Source of the DNA: Raja brachyura
Taxonomy: Eukaryota
Direction: 5' to 3'
Length of the DNA: 64,000 bases
Assembly (NCBI GenBank): GCA_963514005.1
Contig: OY740788.1
Location: 44,702,001-44,766,000 of the forward strand
Below are positions 49,216 through 63,110 of the stretch, piece after piece; positions within the stretch are counted from its first letter, which is position 1; each line of letters opens with the position of its first letter. Below the pieces are notes generated by a model that was not told where the DNA came from, searched no databases, and saw nothing but the letters and a program-made list of their open reading frames with translations. Both the position numbers and the translations under genes were made by a program.

Positions 49216-50354
49216 TTTGATTCTGGTATGATATACCGTACCTGAATAGCAGGCAAAACAGCGTTTTTCACTGTGTCTCGGTACATGTGGCAATATTAAA
49301 CCAATACCAATACCAAATGATTTGTATATAATCAATGACTCTCTCCAATGCTAGAGAAAAATAGTATGGCTAGCTTACTTTGATGTTGCCCATATCCGCA
49401 TAAAATATTCACTGTCATAGCCATGCTGAATATCAGTTCTGTTCTTGCCCTGTTGTGAAGTTTCATTTGTAGTTGCTTTGGCAGCAGATTTCAGTAAAGA
49501 CATTCTTATTAAAACATAAATGCCTTATATATTAAATAGCAGGTAAAGCCACCAGTTAATCAACAGAAAGTTTTAGCGGAACTCTTGTAATCAACAAAAT
49601 GTCCTCCAGGAGCTGACACATCATATCCTGCAACTTGAAGCAGCTCCAGAAAGCACCCATGTTTGCGGTTTGGTGGCAAAACCCAGACGGAATAAAGCAG
49701 GGACTAATCAACAGAGGTTGATAATTCCTTCTGATTACATTTACAGTGGGTCCTTTTAGCTGCTAAACATGTGTTCTGACAGGCGAGGTTTGAAAAGGCC
49801 ATCAGCAGAAGCATTAATGGCAACTGATGTATGGCCACTGCTTGATGTCATGATCTGCCTGGTTTGGAATTCTAACACCATTTATGATGTCCCAAGAAGA
49901 AGCAAAACTGAGCTCAGTTTCTCTTTTTGACTTGTCGGTTCTTTCAGGAACGTGTCAACATTCTTGGATCCGTTTGTCAGCTACTTTGACTTTTATGGGC
50001 TAATATGATTGTAATACGGATCCCAAGAGGGGCCACTGTGCACTGGGGTGGTCTGCTATGTAGTCATTCAAATTGCAGGGTGCAGGAAAATATTTATCAG
50101 TTACCAAACATTGTGCATTAAATTGTGCGTCCAACATGTGGAAGTGGGAGGGGGAGGGCAGATTGGAAGGCGTACTGTAAATCAAATAAATGGCAATGAG
50201 ATAAATATGACCTTAGATGGATGTTTTCGTATTTAAAAAATTGCCAAACTTCCTTTTAAACCCAGGTGTCCAATGACTAGGGAGGAGCAGAATTTTTTTT
50301 TTCTTTGGGTAGCCAGACCACTCAGTCAACCTTACATTAGGAATTATCAATGTA

Positions 50355-52025
50355 AAAGTCAAAGTCAAGTTTATTGTCATGTGTCCCTGACAGGACAATG
50401 AAATTCTTTCTTTGCTTAGCACAACAGAACACAGTTAGGCATTGACTACAAAACAGATCAGTGTGTCCATATACCATTATATACTGTACATAAATACACA
50501 CATGAATGAATAAATCGATAAAGTGCAAATAACAGATAAAGGGGTATTAATGTTCAGAGTTTTGTCCGAGCCAAGTTTAATAGCCTGATGGCTGTGGGGA
50601 AGTAGCTATTCCTGAACCTGGTTGTTGCAGAACTCAGGCTCCTGTACCTTCTACCTGAAGGTAGCAGGGAGATGAGTGTGTGGCCAGGATGGTGTGGGTC
50701 CTTGATGATGCTGCCATCCTTTTTGATGCAGCGACTGTGATAGATCCCCTTGATGGAAGGAAGATCAGAGCCGATGATGGACTGGGCAGTGTTTACTACT
50801 CTTTGTAGTCTTTTCCTCTCCAGGGCGCTCAAGTTGCCGAACCAAGCCACGATGCAACCGGTCAGCAAGCTCTCTACTGTGCACCTGTCGAACTTAGAGA
50901 GAGTCCTCCTTGACAGACCGGCTCTCCGTAATCTTCTCAGGAAGTAGAGGCGCTGATGAGGTTTCTTAATAATTGCATCTGTTTTCTCGGACCAGGAAAG
51001 ATCTTCAGAGATGTGCACGCCCAGGAATTTGAAGCTCTTGACCCTTTCAACCATCGACCCGTTGATATAGACAGGACTGTGGGTCCCCATCCTACTCCTT
51101 CCAAAGTCCACAATCAGTTTCTGGGTTTTGCTGGTGTTGAGGGCCAGGTTATTGTGCTGGCACCATATGGACAGTCGCTCGATCTCTCTTCTATACTCTG
51201 ACATCCCCGTCAGTGATACGTCCCACAACAGTAGTGTAGTCAGCGAACTTTATGATGGAGTTCGCACTATGACTGGCTACGCAGTCATGAGTATAGAGTG
51301 AGTACAGCAGGGGACTGAGTACGCAGCCATGAGGTGCTCCCGTGCTGATTGATATCGAGTTTGACACATTACCACCAATACGAACAGACTGTGGTCTTTG
51401 AATGAGGACGTTGAGGATCTAATTGCAGAGGGATGCGCAGAGACCCAGTTCTGCGAGTTTGGTAACCAGCTTGGAGGGGATGATTGTGTTAAATGCCGAG
51501 CTGTAATCGATGAATAACAGCCTGACATATGAGTTTTTGTTGTCCAAGTGGTCCAGAGCGGAGTAGAGGGCCAGCGAGATCGCATCCACCTTTGATCTGT
51601 TGTGGCGGTAAGCGAACTGCAGTGGGTCCAGGTTTTTGTCGAGGTAGGAGTTGATTTGCGCCATGATCAATCTCTCAAAGCACTTCATCACCACAGGCGT
51701 TAGTGCCACTGGTCGATAGTCATTGAGGCATGTCACCTTGCTCTTCTTGGGCACTGGTATAATTGATGCCCTTTTAAAACAGGTGGGGACCTCAGACCTC
51801 AGCAGTGAGAGGTTGAAAATGTCCGTAAAAACTCCAGCCAGTTGGTGCGCACAGGTTTTTAGGACACGACCAGGTATACCATCAGGTCCAGATGCTTTTC
51901 GAGGGTTCACCCCTCTGAAGGATTTCCTGACGTCGGCATCTGTGACTGAGACTGAAATACCATCACAGCGAATGGGGGCTCGGGAAGGCACATCGGTGTT
52001 CTCCCTATCAAAGCGTGCGTAAAAA
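50355..52025 (-). mobile_element. Rex1/Babar-clade LINE, 5'-truncated, RT region with few lesions
   Basis: [86 protein letters not shown]; (tgactt)n tail. Confidence 0.92.
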
Positions 52026-53449
52026 TTGTTGGAATAGTGGAGCTGAAGACAGAGAGGACAGGTTGGGAATAAGGAAAAGAATTAAAGAGAAATATCAGGA
52101 ATTTTAAGTTCAATTTGAAATTATAAATTGACTCCAGTTGATGAAATTAATTATTAGCTGAATATATCTTCCGTATTTTGAACGACAAGACTCAACTTTA
52201 AAATTATTGTTAAAAATATACTTTACACTCCTTCTGTGATTTAATAAATTGGCCTGTAGCTCTTCACATCTCAGTGCTGGGAGAAAGCAGGCTTTGTTGT
52301 CCTTGGTAGAATGCTGAAATGACACCCAGGATGAACATTATTGTTACAATAATTTAAGTGTTGCTATGGTTCCTCACTGCAGTTCGTAAGAGCAGCTCCA
52401 AATGCAGTGCTGAAGTACAAAGCAGGCAGTGAAATTAAAAATGTCAAACCTTGAGACCATTTGAATAAAACTACTCATTGGAGTTAATTCAAGTATATTT
52501 TAATATTTTATATATTTTTGTCCTTTGTCTGCTCTAAAGCATCATAAAATATGGTGGTGGGTAATTCATTGACTTATTAAATGCCAATTAACCAAGTGTG
52601 TGTTCATGGTACATACAATGTAACCCCTGTAAAACCCAAGGGTTGAGGAATATGATCACTGCAGAAAACAGACACCAAATTAGCGAAGTAGCCACCCCAC
52701 CTACTCTGCAAGACACTGTACCTGAGAAGGAAATTTACATTGGGAGTAATTTAAATATTGTCAATTTCACCTTTCCATGAGATCGTGGCAGATCAGTCAC
52801 TTAACTACTTATAATTGCTTTTCTCCCATATCTCTTCATTAATATCTTTGTTTGGAAACATCCAGGAATTTCAAATTAAAATTTAACAACTGACCCAGAA
52901 TCAGTTGCCACATGTTGAAAAATTCCAAATTCTCATCAATCTTTGTCTTTAATTTTTTTTTTTTTTGCTTCAGTCTGGAAAGACGTGACATTAAGTTTGA
53001 GATTGTGAAACATGCTTTCCGGAATGGTTCTGAAATAATTTCTGACTAATCGCTTTCTCCTAATATATTGAAAACTAATTAACCTTTGAATTCCAAAGCA
53101 TATAACCCCATTCTCTATAATTTCTCCTGCAATCAAAATATCAGTCTATAAAATCCAGGACTAATATCCTTCCTAAGCATTGGTGTCTGGAACTTTGTAC
53201 ATTTTTCCAGATGTAGACTAATCACGGCTCAAATGGCTATAATATAGCTTTGACCTACCATCTTCTACTTCCCTAGATACTTTGATAATCTAATTAAAAG
53301 GATTTTAAAGTTCCCAGTTCCTCCAAATATTTCTAAATGTCACAATTTTTATTTAAACGCTCATTCATCTGCATCGGGTAAACCAGCTGCAGAATGTGGT
53401 TTGGTTGTTAGATGTTAAAGGACAGACAACCAACTCCTTACAATTGCGC

Positions 53450-53565
53450 TTCAGACCTGGAACTTCACCCATTCCTTTTCTTTAGAGATGCTGTCTGACC
53501 CGCTGAGTTATTCCAGCTTTTGGTGTCTATCTTCCTTTTAAATCAGCATCTGCAGCTCATTCTTA
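53450..53565 (+). repeat. PLE pLTR fragment
   Basis: cacccattccttttctttagagatgctgtctgacccgctgagttattccagc. Confidence 0.65.
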
Positions 53566-54154
53566 CAACATTATTGCAACTGCTGAGCACTTGTATTCCA
53601 GGCACAGAATGGACAGCCACAATGCACATTTCTCCCTTGTGATACAAAGTCAGATAGTTCTCAGGATTGTATGGTGGCTACACTGCACTTAAACCACATT
53701 GTACAGATTCACTGAGAAATGCCCTATTGCAGGCTCCTTTGCCATATCAATGTCCAGCCTTCAATTAGTTGCATTGAGCAAAACCAAAATCCAGGTTTTC
53801 CTTGATGCAATCAAATAAACTTTAATTCAGCAAAAAAGATATGCTTCACATAATCCAAATGTTCAGAGATAAAAAATATCCCTGCCCTGAGAGACATTTT
53901 GGTTACTAAGACAATATAACATCTATCTCATAGCTCAAGTTTTCACTTCAAACATCTGTTTTTGTGATTTTAAGTGGTGTTATTATAATTGAGTGTTTTG
54001 TTAGGATTAAGATTATTACATAAACATTTGTTATTGGCAAAGATGATTTGCTATTCAAATGTTTTAGTTTAGTTTATTTAGTTTAGATATATAGGCCCTT
54101 CAGCCCACCAAAGATCCCCAATGTTTTTACTATCTGAGCAAATGTCTTTTCATC

Positions 54155-54272
54155 TGTGTAGGAAGGAACTGCAGATGCTGGTTTACACCAAAGATAGATA
54201 CAAAATGCTGGAGTAACTCAGCGGGACAGGCAGCATATCTGGAGAGAAGGAATGGGTGACGTCCTGTGTCGA
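54155..54272 (-). repeat. PLE pLTR fragment
   Basis: gtaggaaggaactgcagatgctgg...ggagtaactcagcgggacaggcagc...gaatgggtgacg. Confidence 0.7.
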
Positions 54273-55639
54273 AATGAGATATAGAAAGGTACAAATGCTG
54301 CCATCCAGGATTAAGCTGCCCTATGGATCTGTAAAGAGATTGAATTTAATTACTACAAAGCATAAAGGATTTGCATTTGAATGTAATCTCAAAATATGAA
54401 AGCCTAAATACTTTGGTTTTTTTTCTAAATTAAGTGTTTTATGGGTGCTAAAAAAAACCCTAATGTCACAACAGGCTTTCAAAACCAAGTTTAATCTTTG
54501 AACATTTGGACATAATAACAAAATATTTTATACATGGCATTTTTTGTAGTTTAATCCAAGTCTCTTAATACCTGTCCCTTTTCATTAGGACTGTGCCACT
54601 ATGAGAATCTGAGAGTCATTACCAATTAATCATTCCAATTTAAATTGAAACTGCTAATGTCGCCAACCAATAGCAATTATAACATCAACCTACATTATTT
54701 ATGTAGATAACATCACAAAGCACTTCAGAAAAACATAATCAAAAAATTGATGCTGGGCCAAAAACAAAGAAACACTACATAGGGCGGCCAAGAGCTTGGT
54801 CGGGGGGTGGGGGTGGGGGCAGCGTTTGTCAGGAAGGTCCAAAAGCGCAAATGTTGGTTGCAGATAGGAAGGACAGTAATGGGATGTAACTCAAAATGGT
54901 TCATAGTTGGAGAAAAAAGTACGTTATTTTTACCTTCCAGAAGCAATTGACAATTTTAACAGAAAAGAATGAGGTCCAATAACCCTTTCCGGTCAGATAT
55001 GGTGATGTATGCTTAAACTGTTTATGCTCCAGTTCAGATCAAAACAAGACCCCTCTGACGGAGGGACATTATTCCAGTATAAAGTAGCAACTGCCTTTTA
55101 AGCTGTGTGGCAGTATTACTTTACAGCGTTAATGTTTTCATAATGTTCCACCGAATATTAACTGGAAAATTGTGACTTTAAATGGCATATCAATGGCAGT
55201 AAATGTAAATAGGCACTGAAGCACAGAATGGGTGTACGGCATCTGAATTGGATAATAATTGAAAGATAGAGAATGGACCAGAATCCAAAAATAACCAAGA
55301 GAAGGCAAAACACTATTAGAGAGGAATGGGATTAGATCTATTGTCCTTGTTTGCACACTCAGCCTTTCTTCAAAGTTCTGGTACTTGAGATGCACATGCA
55401 CTTTTCTATAAAATGGAATAAATTGTCATTATTTTTCAGTTTTTCTTTAATCTAATTGCAAAAGCCAAAATTTTTAAACCTGTTCTCCTTTTGTTCAAAT
55501 CAAACATTATCAGTTTCAAAACATTACTATGAGGCCATGTCTTATATATAAAAATCTCAAGAGTATTTTGAATACATTCAAACATAAAGCATACTAAGTA
55601 AAAATCCCACAAACCAGCAATTACCAATGATATTCTAAT

Positions 55640-56900
55640 ATTTTATCCTCTTAGCCCATCTCTTCTGACAGCCTCCTCCAGATTAGCCAGTTTCCTGGAA
55701 CTGTCTCATTTTCATATTGGACATCCAATCCCTCTACGCCTCCAGTACTCTACAGGATTACCTGTGGGACCTCTCTCCCTTCCATGAACAAAGACCCAAC
55801 TTGTCTCCAACAACCACCACCTTCCTCCGCCTGACTGAACTGACAATTATTTCCTCTAACTTCATTCAATCATTCCAAGTAAAATGTGTAACAGTAAAAA
55901 CTTCTGTGGGTCCAACCTGAATCTGCCTTTTTTAAAGGATACACAAAAGATTGCTCTAATTTTGCTTGGGTCACCTGTGATCACATCTTTTCCTTTACAT
56001 TGTTGAACTTCTTGGTATAGATTTCTCCATGCTGGAAATTTCTTTCACTTTAGCTTCAAAGTACCACAAACTCCTCACCTTTACATGGTCCACATCTGAT
56101 TTTGTTGTTTTCTTCCTCTCCATTTTTGAGGATAAGCACGCCTGGTACCAACGTAAGCCCACCAGTTTCCAACTACATTGAATATATCGTTGAATATAGA
56201 GGATGAACCACCCTATCAACAACTAGAGAGCGGTTCTGAGCTACTAGTTACCTTATAGGAGTCGCTTGGACTAACTTTAATCAGACTTTACTGGACTCTG
56301 TCTTGCACTAAACGTTATTCCCTCTATCATGTATCTGTACACTGTAGAGGGCTCTATTGTAATCATAGTATCGCCTGGCTGGTTAGCACACAACAAAAAA
56401 GCTTTTCACTCTACCTCAGGGGATCATGACAGAAGCCTTCTCGTGGCGATCCCCAGAAACGAAGACACGATGCACTATGTGACGTGTCGGGCAACCAATT
56501 CTGTCAACAGTGAGTTTCACAATAACAATAATGCGACAATAAACAAAGCTAAATTAAACTATATAGCATCCCACTTCCCTTCCTGAGGAACTATTTCATT
56601 CTCCCAATTCCTTTGCCTGATCAGGTAATGCCGCTTCCAATTGGGGTTTCTGCTTGATCCTCATTTTTATCCTGAACTGGGATCCTCTATCACAGATTTT
56701 CTCCTGTGTCCTTTGTCTCCACATTATTTTCGCCCTCTACTTGCGTGTCTCTAACTTCTCTGAGTTCTAAAGGAAGGTTGTCGACCTGAAATGCTAACTT
56801 TGCCTCGCTCTCTGCAAATGCTTCCCAACTTGCTTAGTATTTCCAGCAGTTCCTATTTTTTTATTTCATGTCACCAGCACCTGCAATATTTTATTTATAT
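55640..56900 (+). pseudogene. Ancient Penelope-like RT remnant ending in a degenerate pLTR/hammerhead; interrupted by a LINE tail (~56200-56560)
   Basis: DIQSLY..RPNLSPTTTTFLRLTEL..FQVKCV...VGP resembles PLE RT motifs (DVxSLY; QxxGxxMGxxxGP); hammerhead remnant ~56764-56800. Confidence 0.65.
56419..56506 (+). ncRNA. HDV-like ribozyme fold, second copy
   Basis: P1 GGGGATC(56419-25)/GATCCCC(56448-54); P2 TGACAGAA(56427-34)/TTCTGTCA(56499-506); P3 GCC/GGC; L3 TTCTCGT; P4 GACACG/CGTGTC; J4/2 CCAA. Confidence 0.8.
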
Positions 56901-56989
56901 TTGAATTGTGCTTGTTTTCTTTATGACCTTACAACGTAATTCAATCAGTTTGTAAAGTTGACTTGCGTAAAAAGGGAAAAGGTTGAACA

Positions 56990-57290
56990 TTTTCAACAGT
57001 CAGAACCTTTGTCCCCAGGTGGAATTGTCAAAGACTGGAGGACCTAGTTTCAAGGTGAAAGGGGCAAAGTTTAAAGGAAATGTGCAGGCATGATTTTAAC
57101 GTAGGGATGGATATCTTGGTTGAGGCACATATACAATAGTGTCATTTAAGTGGCTTTCAGGTAGGCATATGGATATGCAGGGCACAGAGGCATATGGGTC
57201 ACATGCAGGCACAGGAGATTAGTTTATCTTGGCTTCATTTTGGCACCGACATTGTGGACTGTTTTGTACGTTTTTATGTTCTGTGTCCTA
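56990..57290 (+). mobile_element. CR1 3' fragment
   Basis: gtcaagactggaggacctagtttcaaggtgaaaggggcaaagtttaaagg. Confidence 0.65.
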
Positions 57291-58769
57291 CAACTCTTAG
57301 ACAGGGCAGGCAGCATGTGTGGAGCGAAGATCCTTTCAATGGAGCTGGAAACATTTAGTAGTGGAGCTAGCGTGTCAGGTTGATGATTCATGGTGATGGT
57401 GGTGATGGACATCTGCCATGAACCTGGGACATTGGTTCCATTCCATTCTCCGCCCTGACTGCCTGGCCTGATAAGTGTTTACAGCAGTTTCTATTTCTGT
57501 TTATGATTTCCAGCATCTGCAGTTTTTTGCTTCTCAAGCCAGTTCTGAAATAATTCTGTATACTCTCTCTCCATAGATGTACTTTACATTGTAGAGGTTT
57601 CCAATCTTTCTCGTTTATTTCTAATTTCCATCAACCTTTTTGGTCTTTATCCAACATTTCCCTCCCTCTGGTCTCCTTCTATTCAAATCTCTTGCAGACG
57701 GATTAATTGCCATTAGCAAGCCATCATCACTACTCTCTGTATCAAATGTTCTCTCTTGGATCTGCACCCTTTACTAAACGTTCCCCTTGCTTTCTTTCCC
57801 CTCCCACCTCCACAAATCAAAACTTAACTATCTTTTTTTTCCCCCAGTTCTGGTGTAAGGTCGTTGAACTGAATCATTTAATTTGCTTTCTTCCCTCAGA
57901 TGCTGCCTGACCTGCTCATTATTTCCAACATTTTCAGGATTTAAAGCATCTGTATTTTTTCACGTTATAAAGTGAGCCATTTGTAAGGTCAGATGCATGA
58001 ATTAGAACCAATGAACTATTTTACTAATGTACAGGAAAGAGCGGAAATACTGGCAGGACCCAACCTGCCCTATAGAAGAACAGTTAGTCAATCATTGAGT
58101 CATGCTCAATTCAGGCAAGGAAACCTCAATGCTCACTGTGTCTTGGTGTTCCGCTGTATAATGAGCTCTGGCTCTCAGAGGCTGTGGCAAAATACCTCAG
58201 TGGAAAGGAAAGTCAGATGGGATGTGTAATAAGAGGCTAATTTGTTTCCGCTGTTTAATTCCCACTGCTGAGCAGAGAAAATGTGTCCTTAGACTTACAG
58301 AGATACCACTATTGAATACTATGGTGCTGCGTAACTGCAGCTTCAAGTGATGTCATGCTGGTTTCAATATGTGCTCCAATTCATAAAGCATCTGACAATG
58401 CTTCTGATCCTGGCTTACCACTCATCATTACTGATGAGCACAAAGATATTATACAATGGGTCATAGTTAATGAAAAGAGGTGGAGGAATTAGCCTTGGGG
58501 GAGATTGGAAAACAAGCATGTTTTAGTTCCATGTGTAATGATCTCTGAAGATCTTCAAGTGCACAATAAGGGGAGAGTGGGACAGGATACAGACCATAGA
58601 TCTTTAGATGATCTGAGGTTTGCAATAAAGGAAAACCCAGCAGAAATAATGCAATAGTTGATTCTGGAAATAAAACCAATGAGAGTTTCACCAATGGATG
58701 GACTTCAACTGGTGAAATGATGTGCATTTCAGGCGTGGAAGTGGGAATCTTGGCAGCGGGGAGAATATA

Positions 58770-59110
58770 GGATGGAGACTAAAGGAACTGCAAATGCTGG
58801 AATCTTGAGCAAAACACAAGGTATTTGTGGGTTGCACAGCATTTTGGAGGGAATGGATAGGCGTCCCAATATAGGACGAAAAGCTTCGCTCAGCAGCAAA
58901 CATAGCAGAGTAATGAACAATTTGATGGACTTACCTTGGATCAATATAAAATACTTGAAAATAAACACAAAAAGCTGGAGTAACTCAGCGGGACAGTCGG
59001 CATCTCTGGAGAAAAGGAATGGGTGATGTTTCAGGTCGAGACCCTTCTTCAATCTCCAATTTGTTGTGTCTATCTTTGGTTTAAACCAGCATCACAATTC
59101 TTTCCTGCAC
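58770..59110. repeat. PLE pLTR remnants, mostly on the minus strand
   Basis: gctggagtaactcagcgggacag...gaatgggtgatgtttcaggtcgagacccttcttca (antisense hammerhead remnant). Confidence 0.7.
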
Positions 59111-60479
59111 ATAAAATATGACAATAGTTAGAATATTATTTCCTGTGTCAGCACAATTCCTTTTCTTCAAAAAGATTGCAGCAAGAGATGAAAAAGAGAG
59201 GTGAGAAATTTGGATCCAAATAAGTCAGTGATGGATTGAGTAGCAATTCAAGTATTCTCAGAAGTTGACTGGTTCTGAAACAAACTATTTTAGAGAAAAG
59301 CATGTGCTGGAACTGAAATGTCCTTTCAATTGTGTGTTTCGTTTATAGATGAGAGATGTTTAAGTTGTTTAAAAATAAGATTTTTTTCCATTTACTTTAA
59401 GCATAGCACGATTAAGAATGTTAATGGTCCCAAGAGTCAGATGCTGCAGGATAGGCAGCTGTTGAATGTGATCGTTAAGGCCGTGCTGAGACAAAGACAG
59501 CAATTCCTGAAAAGTTCTGTCCGTTTACTAGCGGCTTTTCTCACACAGAAATCTACCTGTCCGATCCTCTGTCATCTCACTGCAGGTCAAATTAACACAC
59601 AGCTTCTGGGAGGAATCAAAGAGATGTAGTAATATTGCCTTTTTAAAAGACGTCATACTATACAGCTCCAGAGATGCCATTTGTGCCTATCCATTGTGAC
59701 AAGCTGATACAAGTGAAATATTGACCAGCTTCTCATTCTGTTACTGCAACTTAGGTCAGTCATGATATGTGCATGTGCATTGTGATGTGATTAATTCATA
59801 TTTCCTAGGATATTTTTCTATCTTAAACACATTACTGAAAATTGTACTCTTTCTACGAGTGTGCTGCTTTTTTAAAGGATTAACACAATACTGTAGATAA
59901 CTCAAGTCTGTGGATAAAGTGCTGATCTGTTAACTTACTTTGTTCTGAATAATGTCAAAATTATCCAGACAGAATCTTAATTTATGCCTTGCTAATGGTA
60001 AAGAGGTTTTGTGGAGTCAGGATATGAGTCATTTACCACAGAATACCCACCTCTGACCTACTTCAATGGCTGCACCATTTATGTGGGTGGTTCACCTCAG
60101 CTTACAGTATCTGAAGTTCAGTTTTATTAATCGTCTAGGATTTATTATCATATTCCAGATCTTCTTCATGAGATTGTGGTATTTCTTCATTTCCTACAAA
60201 ATTCTGAATGGAACTTTAAAAAGAACCATTGAATGATTAGCACAGTGATTTGGGGCAAAGGCACAATCATGCATGAAGCAACAGACAATAGATGATATGG
60301 TTAGCACAGCCATCTTTGTGTCAGGTAAGACTTATGGCATTGGACAGTTTATCCCTTATCCTCACCTATCCTCTACTGCAAGCAGTCACAAAGTAAGAAA
60401 TGAAAATAACCGCAAGATTTTCAATTACGGCCACTGCTTTCTCACATCAGTATACTTGCTGGATGCTCAATTTCAGTAT

Positions 60480-60680
60480 TTGTCAAGGAGACGGTGCTAG
60501 CGTTCAACAGTCAATCTCCTGTGATGGAGACAGTGGGATCAAGAAACATTAGGGAGATGCCGGAGATAGTCCAAATGAAGTTGCGTGCAGGATGGATATT
60601 AGTAGTGAAGATAACAAAGTCTGTGAGATCTGCATGGGTGCAGGAGGTAGCCCCGGTGCAGTCGCCAATGTAGCGGAGAT
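60480..60680 (-). pseudogene. Penelope-like RT fragment (YIDD region)
   Basis: LRYIGDCTGATSCTHADLTDFVIFTTNIHPARNFIWTISGISLMFLD matches the PLE pattern RYIDD...F..F.N..HP.LKFT......FLD. Confidence 0.75.
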
Positions 60681-60689
60681 TTTTGATAG

Positions 60690-60790
60690 AATATTTCCTG
60701 TGATCTCTCGTTTTCACACATTACCCTTCCATATCTCTGTGTCTCCCTCTCCCCTGACTCAGAGTGAAGAAAGGTCTCGACCCAAAACTA
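60690..60790 (+). repeat. PLE pLTR split by a CR1 insertion (resumes at 62051-62130)
   Basis: gtgaagaaaggtctcgacccaaaac|...CR1...|caaaatgttacccattccttctgtccagagatgctgcc. Confidence 0.7.
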
Positions 60791-60799
60791 ATCTTCTGG

Positions 60800-62050
60800 A
60801 ATTTTATTTTAGGATGTAACTCGGAAAATTGACAAGGGAGAGGTAGTGGGTGTAGTGTACCTGGACTTTCAGAAAGTCTTTGATAAGGTCCCACAAAGGA
60901 GATTAGTGGGCAAAATTAGAGCACATGGTATTGGGTTAGGGTACTGACATGGATAGAAAATTGGTTGGCAGACAGGGAACAAAGAGTATGGAATAACAGG
61001 TCGCTTTCAGAATGCCAGGTAGTGACTATTGGGGTACCACAAGGCTTGGTGCTGAGACCGCAGCTATTTACAATATACATTAATGATTTAGATGAAGGGA
61101 TTAAAAGTAACATTAGCAAATTTGCAGATGACACAAAGCTGGGTTGCAGTGTGAACTATGAGGAGGATGCTATGAGGATGCAGGGTGACTTGGACAGGTT
61201 GGGTGAGTGGGCAGATGCATGGCAGATGCAGTTTAATGTGGATAAATGTGAGGTTATCCACTTTGGTGGCAAGAACAGATAGGCAGATTATTCTCTGAAT
61301 GGTGTCAAGTTGGCAAAAGGAGAAGTACAACGGGATCTGGGGGTCCTTGTTCATCAGTCAATGAAAGTAAGTATGCAGGTACAGCAGGTAGTGAAGAGGC
61401 TAATGGCATGTTGGCCTTCATAACATGAGGAGTTGAGTATAGGAGCAAAGAGGTCCTTCTGCAGTTGTACAGGGCCCTGGTGAGACCACACCTGGAGTAC
61501 TGTGTGCAGTTTTGGTCTCCAAATTTGAGGAAGGACGTTCTTGCTATTGAGGGAGTGCAGCGTAGGTTCACAGGGTTAATTCCCAGGGTGGCAGGACTGT
61601 CATATGTTGAAAGAATGGAGCGACTGGGCTTGTATACACTGGAATTTAGAAGGATGAGATGGGATCTTATTGAAACATATAAGATTATTAAGGGATTGGA
61701 CACGCTAGAGGCAGGAAACATGTTCCCGATGTTGGGGGAGTTCAGAATCAAGGGCTACAGTTTAAGAATAAAGGGTAGGCCATTATGACCAGAGATGAGG
61801 AAAAACGTTTTCACCCAGAGAGTTGTGAATTTGTGGAATTCTCTGCCTCAGAAGGCATTGGAGGCCGATTCTCTGAATGCTTTCAAGAGAGAGTTAGATG
61901 GAGCTCTTACAGATAGCGGAGTCAACGGATATGGGGAGAAGGCAGGAACGGGGTACTGATTGTGGATGATTGTCATTATCACATGAATGCCGATGCTGGC
62001 TCGAAGGGCCAAATGGCCTACTCCTGCACCTATTGTCTATTGTTTATTGT
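60800..62050 (+). mobile_element. Young 5'-truncated CR1 LINE
   Basis: YLDFQKVFDKVP, GVPQGLVL, SKFADDTKL, RPHLEYCVQFWSP, DLIETYKII; (tattgt)n tail. Confidence 0.93.
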
Positions 62051-62811
62051 CAAAATGTTACCCATTCCTTCTGTCCAGAGATGCTGCCTGTCCCACTGAG
62101 ATACTCCAGCATTTTGCATCTATCTTCAGTATTTGTCAATATTTTTTCCACTAGCTGCTCTCTTCATCCTTATGCCGTTATCACCTAATTTCCCTCTATG
62201 GGCATTTCACCTACCAGTGGTAAGGTGAGCTCTAGCTAAAGGACACCGGGACACCAGTACGCCACAAGCTTAATCACTTTAGTAGGTGTCAACTGCAGGG
62301 CATACTGTATCCTGACACCTTAACAGACCTCGATGCTTCAATGTATTTTAAGTGCCAGTAGATGAAGACCTATAGTGACAATGTATCGATCCAAATTGAG
62401 AACACTGTGCAATATTCCCAAATTTCACAGATTAGGAATATTGCTAGTTAATTGGAAAGGTATGTTTAGTATCCTTGCAGTTATTGTAAAATCATACCTA
62501 GAAATACCACTATACAAATTATTAAGCATTTTTCAAGGATGCATATCCTGCCATTACTAGTTTCAAGACACACATACCCATTGGACAGGTACATGGATAG
62601 GTTATGTTTAGAGGAATTTGGGCCAAACATAGGCAGCTGGGACTAGCGTAGATGGGGCATCTTGGTTGGCATGGGCAAGTTGGGCCGAAGTGCCTGTTAC
62701 CATGCTATATGACTATAACTATATCTTTTGTCGCCAGACCAGTTTCTTGTCAACTTCACGCATTGCCACATTCATTGAAGCATCAGGCGGAGGAAGCGCT
62801 ACATATATATG

Positions 62812-63110
62812 CGGCACGGTGGTGCAACTGTAGAGTTGCAACCATACAGCGCCAGAAACCTGGGTTTGATCATTCAGTTGCTGTCTGTACAGAGTTTGTA
62901 CGTGCTCCCTGTGACCGCATGGGTTTTCTCCGGGAGTTCCGGTTTCCTCCCACACTCAAAAGATGTACAGGTATATAGGTTAATTGGCCTCAGTAAAAAT
63001 TGTAAATTGTCCCTAGTGTATAGGATAGTGCTGGTGTATAGGGATCGCCGGTCTGCACTGACTCGGTGAGTCAAAGGTTCTTTTCCACGCAATATCGCTA
63101 AACCGAACTA
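62812..63110 (+). mobile_element. HE1-type V-SINE
   Basis: cggcacggtggtgcaactgtagagttgc...ccggtttcctcccacactcaaaagatgtacagg. Confidence 0.8.
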
